Virus record (IMG/VR): IMGVR_UViG_3300025732_000020
Span: 1-64,000 of that record
Length of the DNA: 64,000 nucleotides
Origin: a virus
Reading direction: 5' to 3' (one strand)
Shown here: piece by piece, positions 1 to 8,069 of the stretch
Layout: the number at the start of each line of letters is the position of its first letter
How positions within the stretch are numbered: position 1 is the first letter of the stretch
The notes under the pieces: generated by a model
Told to the model about the DNA's origin: nothing
What the model saw: only the letters and a program-made list of their open reading frames with translations
Database searches by the model: none
Position numbers and translations under genes: made by a program

Positions 1-606
<606 letters not shown>

Positions 607-624
607 TAAAAATTAAATAAATCT

Positions 625-654
625 AGAGATCCTTTATAGGGTCTCTTTTTTTTT
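625..654 (+). terminator. Rho-independent terminator after psbA
   Basis: AGAGATCCT-ttat-AGGGTCTCT hairpin followed by a T run. Confidence 0.85.
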
Positions 655-665
655 ATGTATATTTA

Positions 666-694
666 TTGACAGATGACCGCATATGGTCTAAAGT
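666..694 (+). promoter_or_regulatory. Sigma70-type promoter
   Basis: TTGACA-17 nt-TAAAGT, with AGGAGG RBS before ATG 713. Confidence 0.8.
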
Positions 695-712
695 AGATAA
701 AAAGGAGGCTTT

Positions 713-952
713 ATGTATCACTCTGAGTTGTATTATTATTTGCTTTTGGCAGTCTTTGGAGTGATTGCGTACATGATCATAGTAGATAAAAATGTAGCTA
801 CATACATTGTTCTTCTTGGTAAGATGGCCAAATTGAAAGTCTCTCGATTCATCTTTTGGTTAAAATTCTATCCTCGTCTTCAGTTTGATACTTTTTGGCT
901 TAAGCAAAAGTCGAAGAAAGTCTTAAGAAACTCCAAGCGGGGTGAAGGATAG
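713..952 (+). CDS. Small membrane protein, hypothetical
   Basis: Strong RBS, N-terminal hydrophobic segment, basic C-terminus. Confidence 0.75.
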   Translation: MYHSELYYYLLLAVFGVIAYMIIVDKNVATYIVLLGKMAKLKVSRFIFWLKFYPRLQFDTFWLKQKSKKVLRNSKRGEG

Positions 953-975
953 ATTAGAATGGACAGGTACCGGAG

Positions 976-1158
976 ATGCTCACTATGCTCCAAGAAGAAT
1001 GGACTGAACTCAATGAAATGCACGCAAAACTCCTCAGTAATGGGATCACATCATTCTCTTCAACTTTTTTGGAGCGCTATTCTGAACTTTTCGCAAAATC
1101 TCTCCATGGTAAGGGAGACTCAATTTTCGACTCTGGATCCAACAACTCCATGGTATGA
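976..1158 (+). CDS. Hypothetical protein
   Basis: Helical-looking ORF; overlaps the 959..1264 frame. Confidence 0.5.
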   Translation: MLTMLQEEWTELNEMHAKLLSNGITSFSSTFLERYSELFAKSLHGKGDSIFDSGSNNSMV

Positions 1159-1264
1159 ATGGCATTCATATCTTGAATGTTGCGCAAGTCTTGATCAAAC
1201 TCCTTCTCTAAGGAGGTTCATGGCATACAATGCTTACTTTAAATCGGTGACTCAAAATGATTAG
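1106..1264 (+). CDS. Hypothetical protein (probable start MVRETQF at 1106)
   Basis: 3' part of the 959..1264 ORF (PWYEWHSYLECC...RRFMAY); start uncertain. Confidence 0.45.
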   Translation: MVRETQFSTLDPTTPWYEWHSYLECCASLDQTPSLRRFMAYNAYFKSVTQND

Positions 1265-1414
1265 TACTCTATTATCTGCGGGTAGATTGTTGGATAAACT
1301 ACAAAGAATAGAGCAGAAACTTGATGATATTCAAAAAGATCTCCTCATTATAAAGACACAGATGCCCCAATATAGAGAACAAACAATCTCAAGGTTTTCA
1401 TTAGGTGATAAATA

Positions 1415-1612
1415 ATGTACGAAGATCTTACTCAATTTGAAAGAGCATTAGCAAACTTTGGAGATAAAGTCGCACTAATAGCCGGTCTTGAAATAACAAA
1501 TAAAATTTCCCCAGAAACTGCTTATAAAGAGATTAAAAAGCTTTATAAAGGTCTAAAGAAACTACGGAAAGAAGAACGCAATTCTTGGGTCTTAGACGAT
1601 GAATTTGAATGA
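1415..1612 (+). CDS. Conserved cyanobacterial/cyanophage small helical protein
   Basis: FGDKVALIAGLE...KISPETAYKEIKKLYKGLKK resembles a cyanobacterial small-protein family. Confidence 0.7.
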   Translation: MYEDLTQFERALANFGDKVALIAGLEITNKISPETAYKEIKKLYKGLKKLRKEERNSWVLDDEFE

Positions 1613-2261
1613 GTTAATCATAGATATTTTTCCAGACTGGAGGGTAACCAACGAGCTGCCCTCCGGTCTTTCTCATATAGAGACATCTGGAGACGCGGAG
1701 ATAAAGTCTTGGACATGGGACGGGGATAACGTCAGAAGGGTCAGACTCTGTCAGTTCTCTGTTCCAGGTAAGTTTTCCGCTGAAACTTTAGTAATCTATC
1801 CAGAGGAGTTTTGTGAGGCTCCGATATTTGGCTGTGAGTATTTGAGGATTGGTGGTAAGAAGTTTTTTGGTGGGATTGATTTTCATCCACTAAGTCAGGC
1901 AGAAACTTATCTGCGTGAATATATTGATAACTACCTTGATGACATGCCAGATACCTCGGCTGAGACATCTAAGTTCTATGACCTATCTACTTACTTCTCA
2001 AAGAAGTTATGGTTAAAAACTCACTCAGAAGACTTTTATGAAGAGTTTTATAAACAAACTGGCGAATACCTGATAAGATATAAGCAATTACTTGAAGAAG
2101 CAGAGCCAACTCACTCAATGTGGGGCCTCCATAAGAAATATGACCTTCATATGGGTACACATGACCCAGCTCGTGGGATCCTTAAGGCTTATTTTTCAAA
2201 AGAATTTTCTGACTTCTACATTGAAAAGTTTCTATTCAACCTGATGAGCGAACCACTATGA
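1599..2261 (+). CDS. Ferredoxin-dependent bilin reductase (PebA/PebB/PebS/PcyX family)
   Basis: VIYP...PIFG, DFHP, FSK, YD..M...DPARGIL...F...FLF pattern typical of the family; subfamily not resolvable by eye. Confidence 0.8.
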   Translation: MNLNELIIDIFPDWRVTNELPSGLSHIETSGDAEIKSWTWDGDNVRRVRLCQFSVPGKFSAETLVIYPEEFCEAPIFGCEYLRIGGKKFFGGIDFHPLSQAETYLREYIDNYLDDMPDTSAETSKFYDLSTYFSKKLWLKTHSEDFYEEFYKQTGEYLIRYKQLLEEAEPTHSMWGLHKKYDLHMGTHDPARGILKAYFSKEFSDFYIEKFLFNLMSEPL

Positions 2262-2662
2262 AAATTGTTACCAGGTCTGATATATATGCCCAGATTAAGC
2301 CAAAACATATTTTTTCTCTTAAAGAATTAGCAAATTCCTCAAATAAACATTCCTATTATCAATTCTATGGAAATGTCTCAAAAGGTTATGGTAGTTTTGA
2401 CTTAGATTTAAATGAATCTGTGACTTATTCTGCTCATGCATTGAGATTTACAAACTTTGAAGTATTTAAATTGCTTGAAAAGGCAATAAAAATCGTAGAA
2501 AACACCGAGCAATACACCGAGTATCTATTGAGTGAGACTTTTGGCGAACCTAAATTTATCATAAATCCCCCAGGAACCATAAGATTTTATTCCCAAGACC
2601 TAATTTGTTTTTATAATGGAAAAAGTTGGAGAAAACTTGATAGATCAAATATTCACATTTAA
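2258..2662 (+). CDS. Hypothetical protein
   Basis: ATGA overlap with upstream gene, 134 aa. Confidence 0.7.
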   Translation: MKIVTRSDIYAQIKPKHIFSLKELANSSNKHSYYQFYGNVSKGYGSFDLDLNESVTYSAHALRFTNFEVFKLLEKAIKIVENTEQYTEYLLSETFGEPKFIINPPGTIRFYSQDLICFYNGKSWRKLDRSNIHI

Positions 2663-3446
2663 GTATCCTGGTAGGGAACCTCGGTATTTACATCACTTCT
2701 TAAATGAAAGACCGGATATTTTAGATTATTATATCTATGATATAAATCTAACAACTGGGAGTTTATTATATCTTTCTAAAGGAGGGATTGGGGCCACTAA
2801 GGAACCATATATAGCAAGAATGCATGAGTGGATTAAAACTTCTACAGTTAAATCTACTTTGGAGAGCGTATATAAAACCCGATTTAGAGAAGAGATCGGA
2901 AGATGGAAATATAATAAACTTAAGGAAAATTTTAATGAATATCCAGAGAAATTGAGTAATTGGACTCAATGTGCAGAACTCTACTTATTGTGGGTAGGTT
3001 CAAACTTTACTCATAGGTATAGACTGAATGGCTATGACGGAATATTTTTTCCAACAAAGTTAAAAACTAACGAACTAATTAATGCCTCACGGATAAACCG
3101 TGAGAAAAACCTTCTCTTTAGAGAGGAAGATTTGTTCTCTTTTAAGGAAAGTATTATAAATGATAATGTCATAGTCTATGCTCATCTCCCCAGAGAATTT
3201 GGCGTTTTTGGTGCGGGGTGGATGTGGAATAAAAACAATCTTGAGAGATTTACCAGAGTTATTTCAGAGTTTTCTACTACAAACAAAAAAATATTAATCT
3301 CAGCACAATTTGAACTAAGGGGAAGAATTGATTTAGATTATAGAAAGTATTTCCCAAGTTTTAATCATATCATAGTACCTGAGTTTAAAGAATCTACATC
3401 GTTTCTAGGTTCAAAGAACTCGGAGATATATCTTTTTAATTTTTAA
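2616..3446 (+). CDS. Dam-like DNA adenine methyltransferase fold, catalytic motifs degenerate
   Basis: FKYPG (cf. KW/YxGGK), YDIN, VYAHLP in place of VYxDPPY, KILIS. Confidence 0.55.
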   Translation: MEKVGENLIDQIFTFKYPGREPRYLHHFLNERPDILDYYIYDINLTTGSLLYLSKGGIGATKEPYIARMHEWIKTSTVKSTLESVYKTRFREEIGRWKYNKLKENFNEYPEKLSNWTQCAELYLLWVGSNFTHRYRLNGYDGIFFPTKLKTNELINASRINREKNLLFREEDLFSFKESIINDNVIVYAHLPREFGVFGAGWMWNKNNLERFTRVISEFSTTNKKILISAQFELRGRIDLDYRKYFPSFNHIIVPEFKESTSFLGSKNSEIYLFNF

Positions 3447-3449
3447 AAA

Positions 3450-3776
3450 ATGGGAAAACACTTCTTGCTTAATATTCATGGTGTCGATGCGCTACTACTC
3501 ACTGAAATGAGCGGGTTTATTGATTTTATCAGGCCGATGCTCGATGAATGTATGGCAGAAGTTGTTGGTGAATCTTCACATAAGTTTGAACCAGGCGGGT
3601 ATACTTATCTTGCCCTTTTAAGTACATCTCACTTCTCCATTCATACGTGGCCAGAAGATAACTGTGCTGCGATTGATATGTTCTCATGTGGAGAAATCCT
3701 CTCAGATGCTCTAATCTCATATGTAATTAAGTATTTTTCCCCAGAGACATACGACGTTAAGATGATTAAAAGATGA
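3450..3776 (+). CDS. speD: Pyruvoyl-dependent S-adenosylmethionine decarboxylase-family proenzyme
   Basis: HKFEPGGYT..ALLSTSHFSIHTWPE...AIDMFSCG motif. Confidence 0.9.
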   Translation: MGKHFLLNIHGVDALLLTEMSGFIDFIRPMLDECMAEVVGESSHKFEPGGYTYLALLSTSHFSIHTWPEDNCAAIDMFSCGEILSDALISYVIKYFSPETYDVKMIKR

Positions 3777-3805
3777 TATAATATACCAGTAATTAAATTA
3801 AGTTT

Positions 3806-3949
3806 ATGGCACGAGTAACTGTTAAGAATGGTAAAAAACTTATTCTAACTTCTCCTAAAAATACCCGCCAAGGCTCATCCAGAAATACAAAACTGTCCGC
3901 TACTAGCCGCAATGGTGCTAAAAAGCGTTATCGTGGTCAAGGTAACTGA
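3806..3949 (+). CDS. Small very basic protein (47 aa), missed by ORF track
   Basis: MARVTVKNGKK...TRQG...SRNGAKKRYRGQGN; TGATATAAT -10 element upstream. Confidence 0.7.
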   Translation: MARVTVKNGKKLILTSPKNTRQGSSRNTKLSATSRNGAKKRYRGQGN

Positions 3950-3983
3950 TTCCCTGGTATAATTATCTCTCTTATAAAGAATT

Positions 3984-4406
3984 ATGTATTTTGCAGCAGC
4001 AATTCAGGCCGTAAATGCCGGCCTTAAAAAAAGTAATGAGTTAGGCACCAAAATGAATGTCGCAGTAGTTGATCGCGGCGGTAATCTGGTTGCTTTTGCC
4101 CGTGAAGATGGCGCTTGGGTGGGCAGTGTAGACATCTCGATTAAGAAGGCAAGAACTGCTACTTTTTTTGACATGGAGACTCAAGAAATCGGTAAACTTT
4201 CTCAGCCGGGGGGTAGTCTGTATAATATTGAACATTCTAACAATGGCCTTATCACTTTTCCCGGCGGGATCCCTCTAACTGCACCAGATGGCACGATTCT
4301 TGGTGGGGTAGGTGTTTCTGGCTCGACTGTTGAGGATGATAAAGTTGTTGCTGAGGCTGCAGTTGAAGGATTTAAGACTGTTTTTGTAGAAAATTCCGCA
4401 GAATAG
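3984..4406 (+). CDS. GlcG/HbpS (PduO C-terminal-like) haem-binding protein
   Basis: [14 protein letters not shown]...S..I..KKA.TA and GGIP...GGVGVSGS motifs; TGGTATAAT promoter at 3955-3963. Confidence 0.9.
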   Translation: MYFAAAIQAVNAGLKKSNELGTKMNVAVVDRGGNLVAFAREDGAWVGSVDISIKKARTATFFDMETQEIGKLSQPGGSLYNIEHSNNGLITFPGGIPLTAPDGTILGGVGVSGSTVEDDKVVAEAAVEGFKTVFVENSAE

Positions 4407-4439
4407 GTTAAAGATTGTGGGGCTATATGCCCCTTCTAG

Positions 4440-4515
4440 GCCTCTATAGCTCAGTGGCCAGAGCACTCGCCTTGTAAGCGAGCGGTCCTCGGTTCAAATC
4501 CGAGTGGGGGCTCCA
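4440..4515 (+). tRNA. tRNA-Thr(UGU), CCA encoded
   Basis: Cloverleaf; anticodon arm CTCGC-CT TGT AA-GCGAG. Confidence 0.95.
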
Positions 4516-4587
4516 CGGGATGTAGCGCAGCGGTAGCGCGCCTGCTTTGGGAGCAGGATGTCGCAGGTTCGATCCCTGCCATCCCGA
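4516..4587 (+). tRNA. tRNA-Pro(UGG)
   Basis: Cloverleaf; CCTGC-TT TGG GA-GCAGG. Confidence 0.95.
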
Positions 4588-4634
4588 TTTTAAATTTTAA
4601 AGTTTAAAGTATAACATTTAATATTCAGATTACA

Positions 4635-5081
4635 ATGGCAATCAATTACTCCCTCTCAATAGGATCCGTAAAGAAAAGACTCGTAGAAAGAGAGTTTAGC
4701 GATGTGGTTATTGAAGCAAACTTTAGTGTATCGGCATTTTCTGACGCTGTAACCGAGATCAATGGAGATGGCGATGAGGTAATCGTAACCCCTTCCTTTT
4801 CTTATTCATGTAGTGGAACTAGACAATTCCCTGTTAGTGAAATTGATCCTGAAACATTTATCCCATTTGAACAGATTACAAAAGAAACTGTCGTTGAGTG
4901 GCTTCTCGCTGGAGAAGGGGTGGAATCTATAGAAGACTTTTCATATGTAAAGAGTTGTGTTCAGAATGTTGCTCAGAGGATTTATGAATACTCTCAAGAG
5001 GTTCCCGCATTTGTACCTGGTCAAGATCCTTCTGGTTCCTCAGACGCTGAATATGTTCCCACTGAACCGTCAGACGGTTGA
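4635..5081 (+). CDS. Hypothetical acidic phage protein (possibly tail-associated)
   Basis: FIPFEQITKETVVEWL motif; GTTTAAAG motif upstream at 4602. Confidence 0.7.
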   Translation: MAINYSLSIGSVKKRLVEREFSDVVIEANFSVSAFSDAVTEINGDGDEVIVTPSFSYSCSGTRQFPVSEIDPETFIPFEQITKETVVEWLLAGEGVESIEDFSYVKSCVQNVAQRIYEYSQEVPAFVPGQDPSGSSDAEYVPTEPSDG

Positions 5082-5106
5082 CGATCCAAGGTTCTTCTGA
5101 TAGAAT
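5078..5106 (+). promoter_or_regulatory. Sigma70 promoter of the tRNA-Arg/Asn/Gly operon
   Basis: TTGACG-17 nt-TAGAAT with extended -10 TG. Confidence 0.8.
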
Positions 5107-5112
5107 ACTTCT

Positions 5113-5206
5113 ATGAGCAATGAGGGTCCAAACCTCACGTAAGTCTCGCCCCTCCTAAGCCTCTTAATAACTCATAGTTATTGATGCTCAAACCTGGAGG
5201 TCTCTT
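5113..5206 (+). ncRNA. Structured leader RNA with possible pseudoknot
   Basis: TGAGCA/TGCTCA, TGAGG/CCTCA, AATAAC/GTTATT and CCTCC/GGAGG pairings. Confidence 0.5.
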
Positions 5207-5280
<74 letters not shown>

Positions 5281-5388
5281 CTGGAGATCTGGAAATGTCT
5301 GGATCTCTTCTAAATCCTAGGGGGATTCTTCTAGGTCGGGGAATTGATCACCTCCGTTATAGGGGGAGTCCTCTAACACTCCCCACCA
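5281..5388 (+). ncRNA. Four-hairpin spacer RNA ending in a microhelix plus ACCA
   Basis: Hairpins at 5283-5308, 5316-5335, 5337-5356 and 5363-5384, then ACCA. Confidence 0.5.
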
Positions 5389-5389
5389 T

Positions 5390-5461
5390 TCCACAATAGC
5401 TCAGCGGTAGAGTCGGTGACTGTTAATCACTTGGTCCCTGGTTCGAATCCAGGTTGTGGAG
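5390..5461 (+). tRNA. tRNA-Asn(GUU)
   Basis: Cloverleaf; GGTGA-CT GTT AA-TCACT. Confidence 0.95.
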
Positions 5462-5560
5462 TCGGTAGTCGTTAGGCAAACAGCCTAGAAAGACGCCGAG
5501 ATCATCAGATGCCGTTTGGTAGTTTCCATAGTCTGATGTGGTAAAAATTGAAACTACCCT
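5462..5560 (+). ncRNA. Spacer RNA: extended hairpin plus H-type pseudoknot
   Basis: CATCAGA/TCTGATG stem whose loop sequence GGTAGTTTC pairs with downstream GAAACTACC. Confidence 0.55.
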
Positions 5561-5561
5561 T

Positions 5562-5632
5562 GCGGGCATGGTGTAGAGGTAACATCTCAGCCTTCCAAGC
5601 TGCAGTCACCGGTTCGATCCCGGTTGCCCGCT
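5562..5632 (+). tRNA. tRNA-Gly(UCC)
   Basis: Cloverleaf; CAGC-CT TCC AA-GCTG. Confidence 0.93.
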
Positions 5633-5683
5633 TCCCCACAGCATATTGTGGGGGTTCATTTGACCAATAATTATTAAAAAATA

Positions 5684-6565
5684 ATGAAACTTCAAACAAT
5701 TTTTGCCGCTGGTATTGTTGCTGCTACTGTAGTCTCTCCTGCCATGGCTCAAGTCACCAGTGTCACACAATTGCGTGATGTTCAACCTACCGAGTGGTCT
5801 TATCAAGCCATCTCTAACCTGGTATCGCGTTATGGCTGCGTTGCTGGTTTCCCTGATGGTACCTTCCGTCCTGGTCAACCCGCTACTCGTGCTGAACTTG
5901 CCGCTCTGACTAACGCTTGCCTAGATCGCATCACTGAGTTTTACACTGCAGACGACGCTCAACTCGCTGCTGCTCTGCGAGCTGAATTTGCTAAGGAACT
6001 TGGCGCTACTAATGCCCGCATTGCTACTTTGGAAAAAACTGCGGCAAAAAAAGCTCAAGGTGTTGGTAACTACGTCGGTCTGGGTGTGCTGCTGAACAAG
6101 CAAGGTGTTGATGGCGGTGGTTATACCGAGAACCGTACTATCTCTGGCGGTACTCTTCAGGCCCGTTATGCTGTGAAGAACTTTAAGAACCAGAACGCTG
6201 TGTCTGTTCGTCCTTACCTGAATGCCGTTGCTGGTCCTAATAGTGACATTGGTACTGCTGGTGGTGCTATGGTTTCCTATGACTGGAGTATTGCTAAGGC
6301 TAAGTCTGGTGTAAGTGCTGCTAACATCTACGCTGGTGTTGGTTACCAGGTTCCTTTTGCCAATGATACTCAAGCAAACTATCAGTCTGCTATCGGTGAG
6401 AAGGGTCAAGTTGTCCTCGCTCTTGGCGCCGAAGGTCGTATCACTAACTCATTGGTTGGCTTTGCTGATCTGAAGTTCCCTACCACCAACGCTGGTAATG
6501 CCTACGGTGGTTCTGGCGCTCCTTACAGCCCTGTCTTCACCACTGGCCTTGGCTTCAAGTTTTGA
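5684..6565 (+). CDS. SLH-domain outer-membrane beta-barrel protein (Som/cyanobacterial porin-like)
   Basis: Signal peptide; DVQPTEWSYQAI..LV.RYGCVAG.PDGTFRP...TRAE SLH motif; coiled coil; beta-strand C-terminus ending in Phe. Confidence 0.85.
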   Translation: MKLQTIFAAGIVAATVVSPAMAQVTSVTQLRDVQPTEWSYQAISNLVSRYGCVAGFPDGTFRPGQPATRAELAALTNACLDRITEFYTADDAQLAAALRAEFAKELGATNARIATLEKTAAKKAQGVGNYVGLGVLLNKQGVDGGGYTENRTISGGTLQARYAVKNFKNQNAVSVRPYLNAVAGPNSDIGTAGGAMVSYDWSIAKAKSGVSAANIYAGVGYQVPFANDTQANYQSAIGEKGQVVLALGAEGRITNSLVGFADLKFPTTNAGNAYGGSGAPYSPVFTTGLGFKF

Positions 6566-6591
6566 TTAGGATTTCCTAACATAACCTCCAC

Positions 6592-6617
6592 GGGGGCCTT
6601 TACAAGCCCCCATTTTT
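6592..6617 (+). terminator. Rho-independent terminator
   Basis: GGGGGC/GCCCCC stem plus T run. Confidence 0.75.
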
Positions 6618-6651
6618 ATGATAAAGTGATTAAGGAATTTTAAATAGGAAA

Positions 6652-6846
6652 ATGACTGTAACTTCTAACGAAAACGGCCAACAAAATATGTGGGCAAAAG
6701 AACCAACCATGTATTACCATAACTACGGTCAGCAAACTCCTAATGAGTACAAGGAAACTTATAATGGACGCTGGGCTATGGTCGGTATTATTGCTGGGGC
6801 TATTTCTTATGCTCTCACTGGTAACCTCTTCTTCGGAGTAGCTTGA
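6652..6846 (+). CDS. hli: High-light-inducible protein
   Basis: KETYNGRWAMVG chlorophyll-binding motif (ExxNGRxAM) plus TM helix. Confidence 0.92.
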   Translation: MTVTSNENGQQNMWAKEPTMYYHNYGQQTPNEYKETYNGRWAMVGIIAGAISYALTGNLFFGVA

Positions 6847-6848
6847 TA

Positions 6849-6935
6849 GTGGCAGAACTTTTCTACACAGTTACTATTGTAGGGTTTCTGATCCTACTCA
6901 CTAAATCTGTTGAAAACCTTTTGGATACTTACTGA
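6849..6935 (+). CDS. 28-aa hydrophobic peptide
   Basis: GTG-start [28 protein letters not shown] exactly fills the hli-petF gap; its TGA overlaps the petF ATG. Confidence 0.55.
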   Translation: MAELFYTVTIVGFLILLTKSVENLLDTY

Positions 6936-7228
6936 TGGCTACTTACAACATTACTCTTCAATCCCCTGACGGCACTGAGAATACTTTTGAGTGCCCTGAT
7001 GACATGTACATTCTTGATGCTGCTGAGGAGGCGGGTATTGATCTACCTTCTTCTTGCCGTGCTGGTGCTTGTTCTGCTTGTGCGGGTAAACTTATCAGTG
7101 GTCAGGTAGATAATAGTGAACAATCTTTCCTTGATGATGACCAAATGGACGAAGGATTTGTACTCACTTGTGTTGCTTATTCTGTTAGTGACTGTGTGAT
7201 CCTGTCTGAGCAGGAGGAAAATCTTTGA
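6935..7228 (+). CDS. petF: Plant-type [2Fe-2S] ferredoxin
   Basis: [16 protein letters not shown]...LTCVAY. Confidence 0.97.
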   Translation: MATYNITLQSPDGTENTFECPDDMYILDAAEEAGIDLPSSCRAGACSACAGKLISGQVDNSEQSFLDDDQMDEGFVLTCVAYSVSDCVILSEQEENL

Positions 7229-7250
7229 ATAAGTTTCTTCTCTATCTGCA

Positions 7251-7640
7251 ATGATTAAAAACATTCTCTCTGCAATTGCTACCATTACTCTCTTGCAAAC
7301 TCCCTCATTTGCAAGTAACGTTTCATCACCAAAATCTATTCCAGTGGTAAATTTTAATTCTTTTGCCTCGGGGATGAGTAACAGTAACACCCCTCCGAGC
7401 ATGGGATTGTCCGTGGTAAATATTCCAAATAACATCTCTTGTCGTAGCAAAGCACGTTCTAAATATTTTGAACTTAATGCCCGCAACATGTCAAACGACT
7501 CAGATAACTCCCAATGGGGCTCTATTGGAAGCATGCAGGCATTAGTTTGGTGTCGCGATAGCCAAGCAATTATCGCTATCGCAGGAAACGACTACAACTC
7601 TGTAGCAGAATTACGTGATGAAATCAAAAAAGCGTTCTAA
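7251..7640 (+). CDS. Secreted/periplasmic hypothetical protein
   Basis: Signal peptide ending PSFA. Confidence 0.7.
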   Translation: MIKNILSAIATITLLQTPSFASNVSSPKSIPVVNFNSFASGMSNSNTPPSMGLSVVNIPNNISCRSKARSKYFELNARNMSNDSDNSQWGSIGSMQALVWCRDSQAIIAIAGNDYNSVAELRDEIKKAF

Positions 7641-7768
7641 TGCTAAAGAATATCATCACTTATATTCGCTGGGGTAATCTACCCCCAGAAGAAGAGAGCA
7701 AATTACAAATGCTCTCTTTAAAGGAGATCTTTAAGTCTCCGTACCTCACTCGCAAATTTTACGGTTAA
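7640..7768 (+). CDS. Small hypothetical protein (42 aa)
   Basis: TAATG overlap with upstream gene; fills the gap to the second hli. Confidence 0.5.
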   Translation: MLKNIITYIRWGNLPPEEESKLQMLSLKEIFKSPYLTRKFYG

Positions 7769-7773
7769 TTATC

Positions 7774-7896
7774 ATGAAAAAGTTTGGTTTTACTCCCGAA
7801 GCAGAACTCCTCAACTCCCGTCTTGCAATGATTGGGTTTGTAGCAGCTGTAGGCTCGTATCTTGTTACTGGGCAAATTATCCCTGGTATTTGGTGA
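7774..7896 (+). CDS. hli: High-light-inducible protein (second copy, missed by ORF track)
   Basis: MKKFGFTPEAELLNSRLAMIGFVAAVGSYLVTGQIIPGIW. Confidence 0.93.
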   Translation: MKKFGFTPEAELLNSRLAMIGFVAAVGSYLVTGQIIPGIW

Positions 7897-7916
7897 GACT
7901 AAGTTCTCATTATTAC

Positions 7917-7941
7917 TCCTAGTTCAACTCTAGGATTTTTT
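7917..7941 (+). terminator. Rho-independent terminator
   Basis: TCCTAG/CTAGGA stem plus T6, abutting tRNA-Ser. Confidence 0.65.
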
Positions 7942-8025
7942 GGAAAGGTGGCCGAGTGGTTGATGGCAGCAGTCTTGAAAACTGCCGTGTGATGAGCACC
8001 GTGGGTTCGAATCCCACCCTTTCCG
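7942..8025 (+). tRNA. tRNA-Ser(UGA)
   Basis: GCAGT-CT TGA AA-ACTGC; long variable arm. Confidence 0.95.
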
Positions 8026-8069
8026 TTGTTTAAAGTTTATACTGAAGATAGTTTATAAAAGTCAGTATA

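Noticed and set aside
5518-5558. Hammerhead-like CTGATG...GAAAC
   Set aside because: Core reads CUGAUGU rather than CUGANGA, and stems I and II cannot form; the pairing is better explained as a pseudoknot
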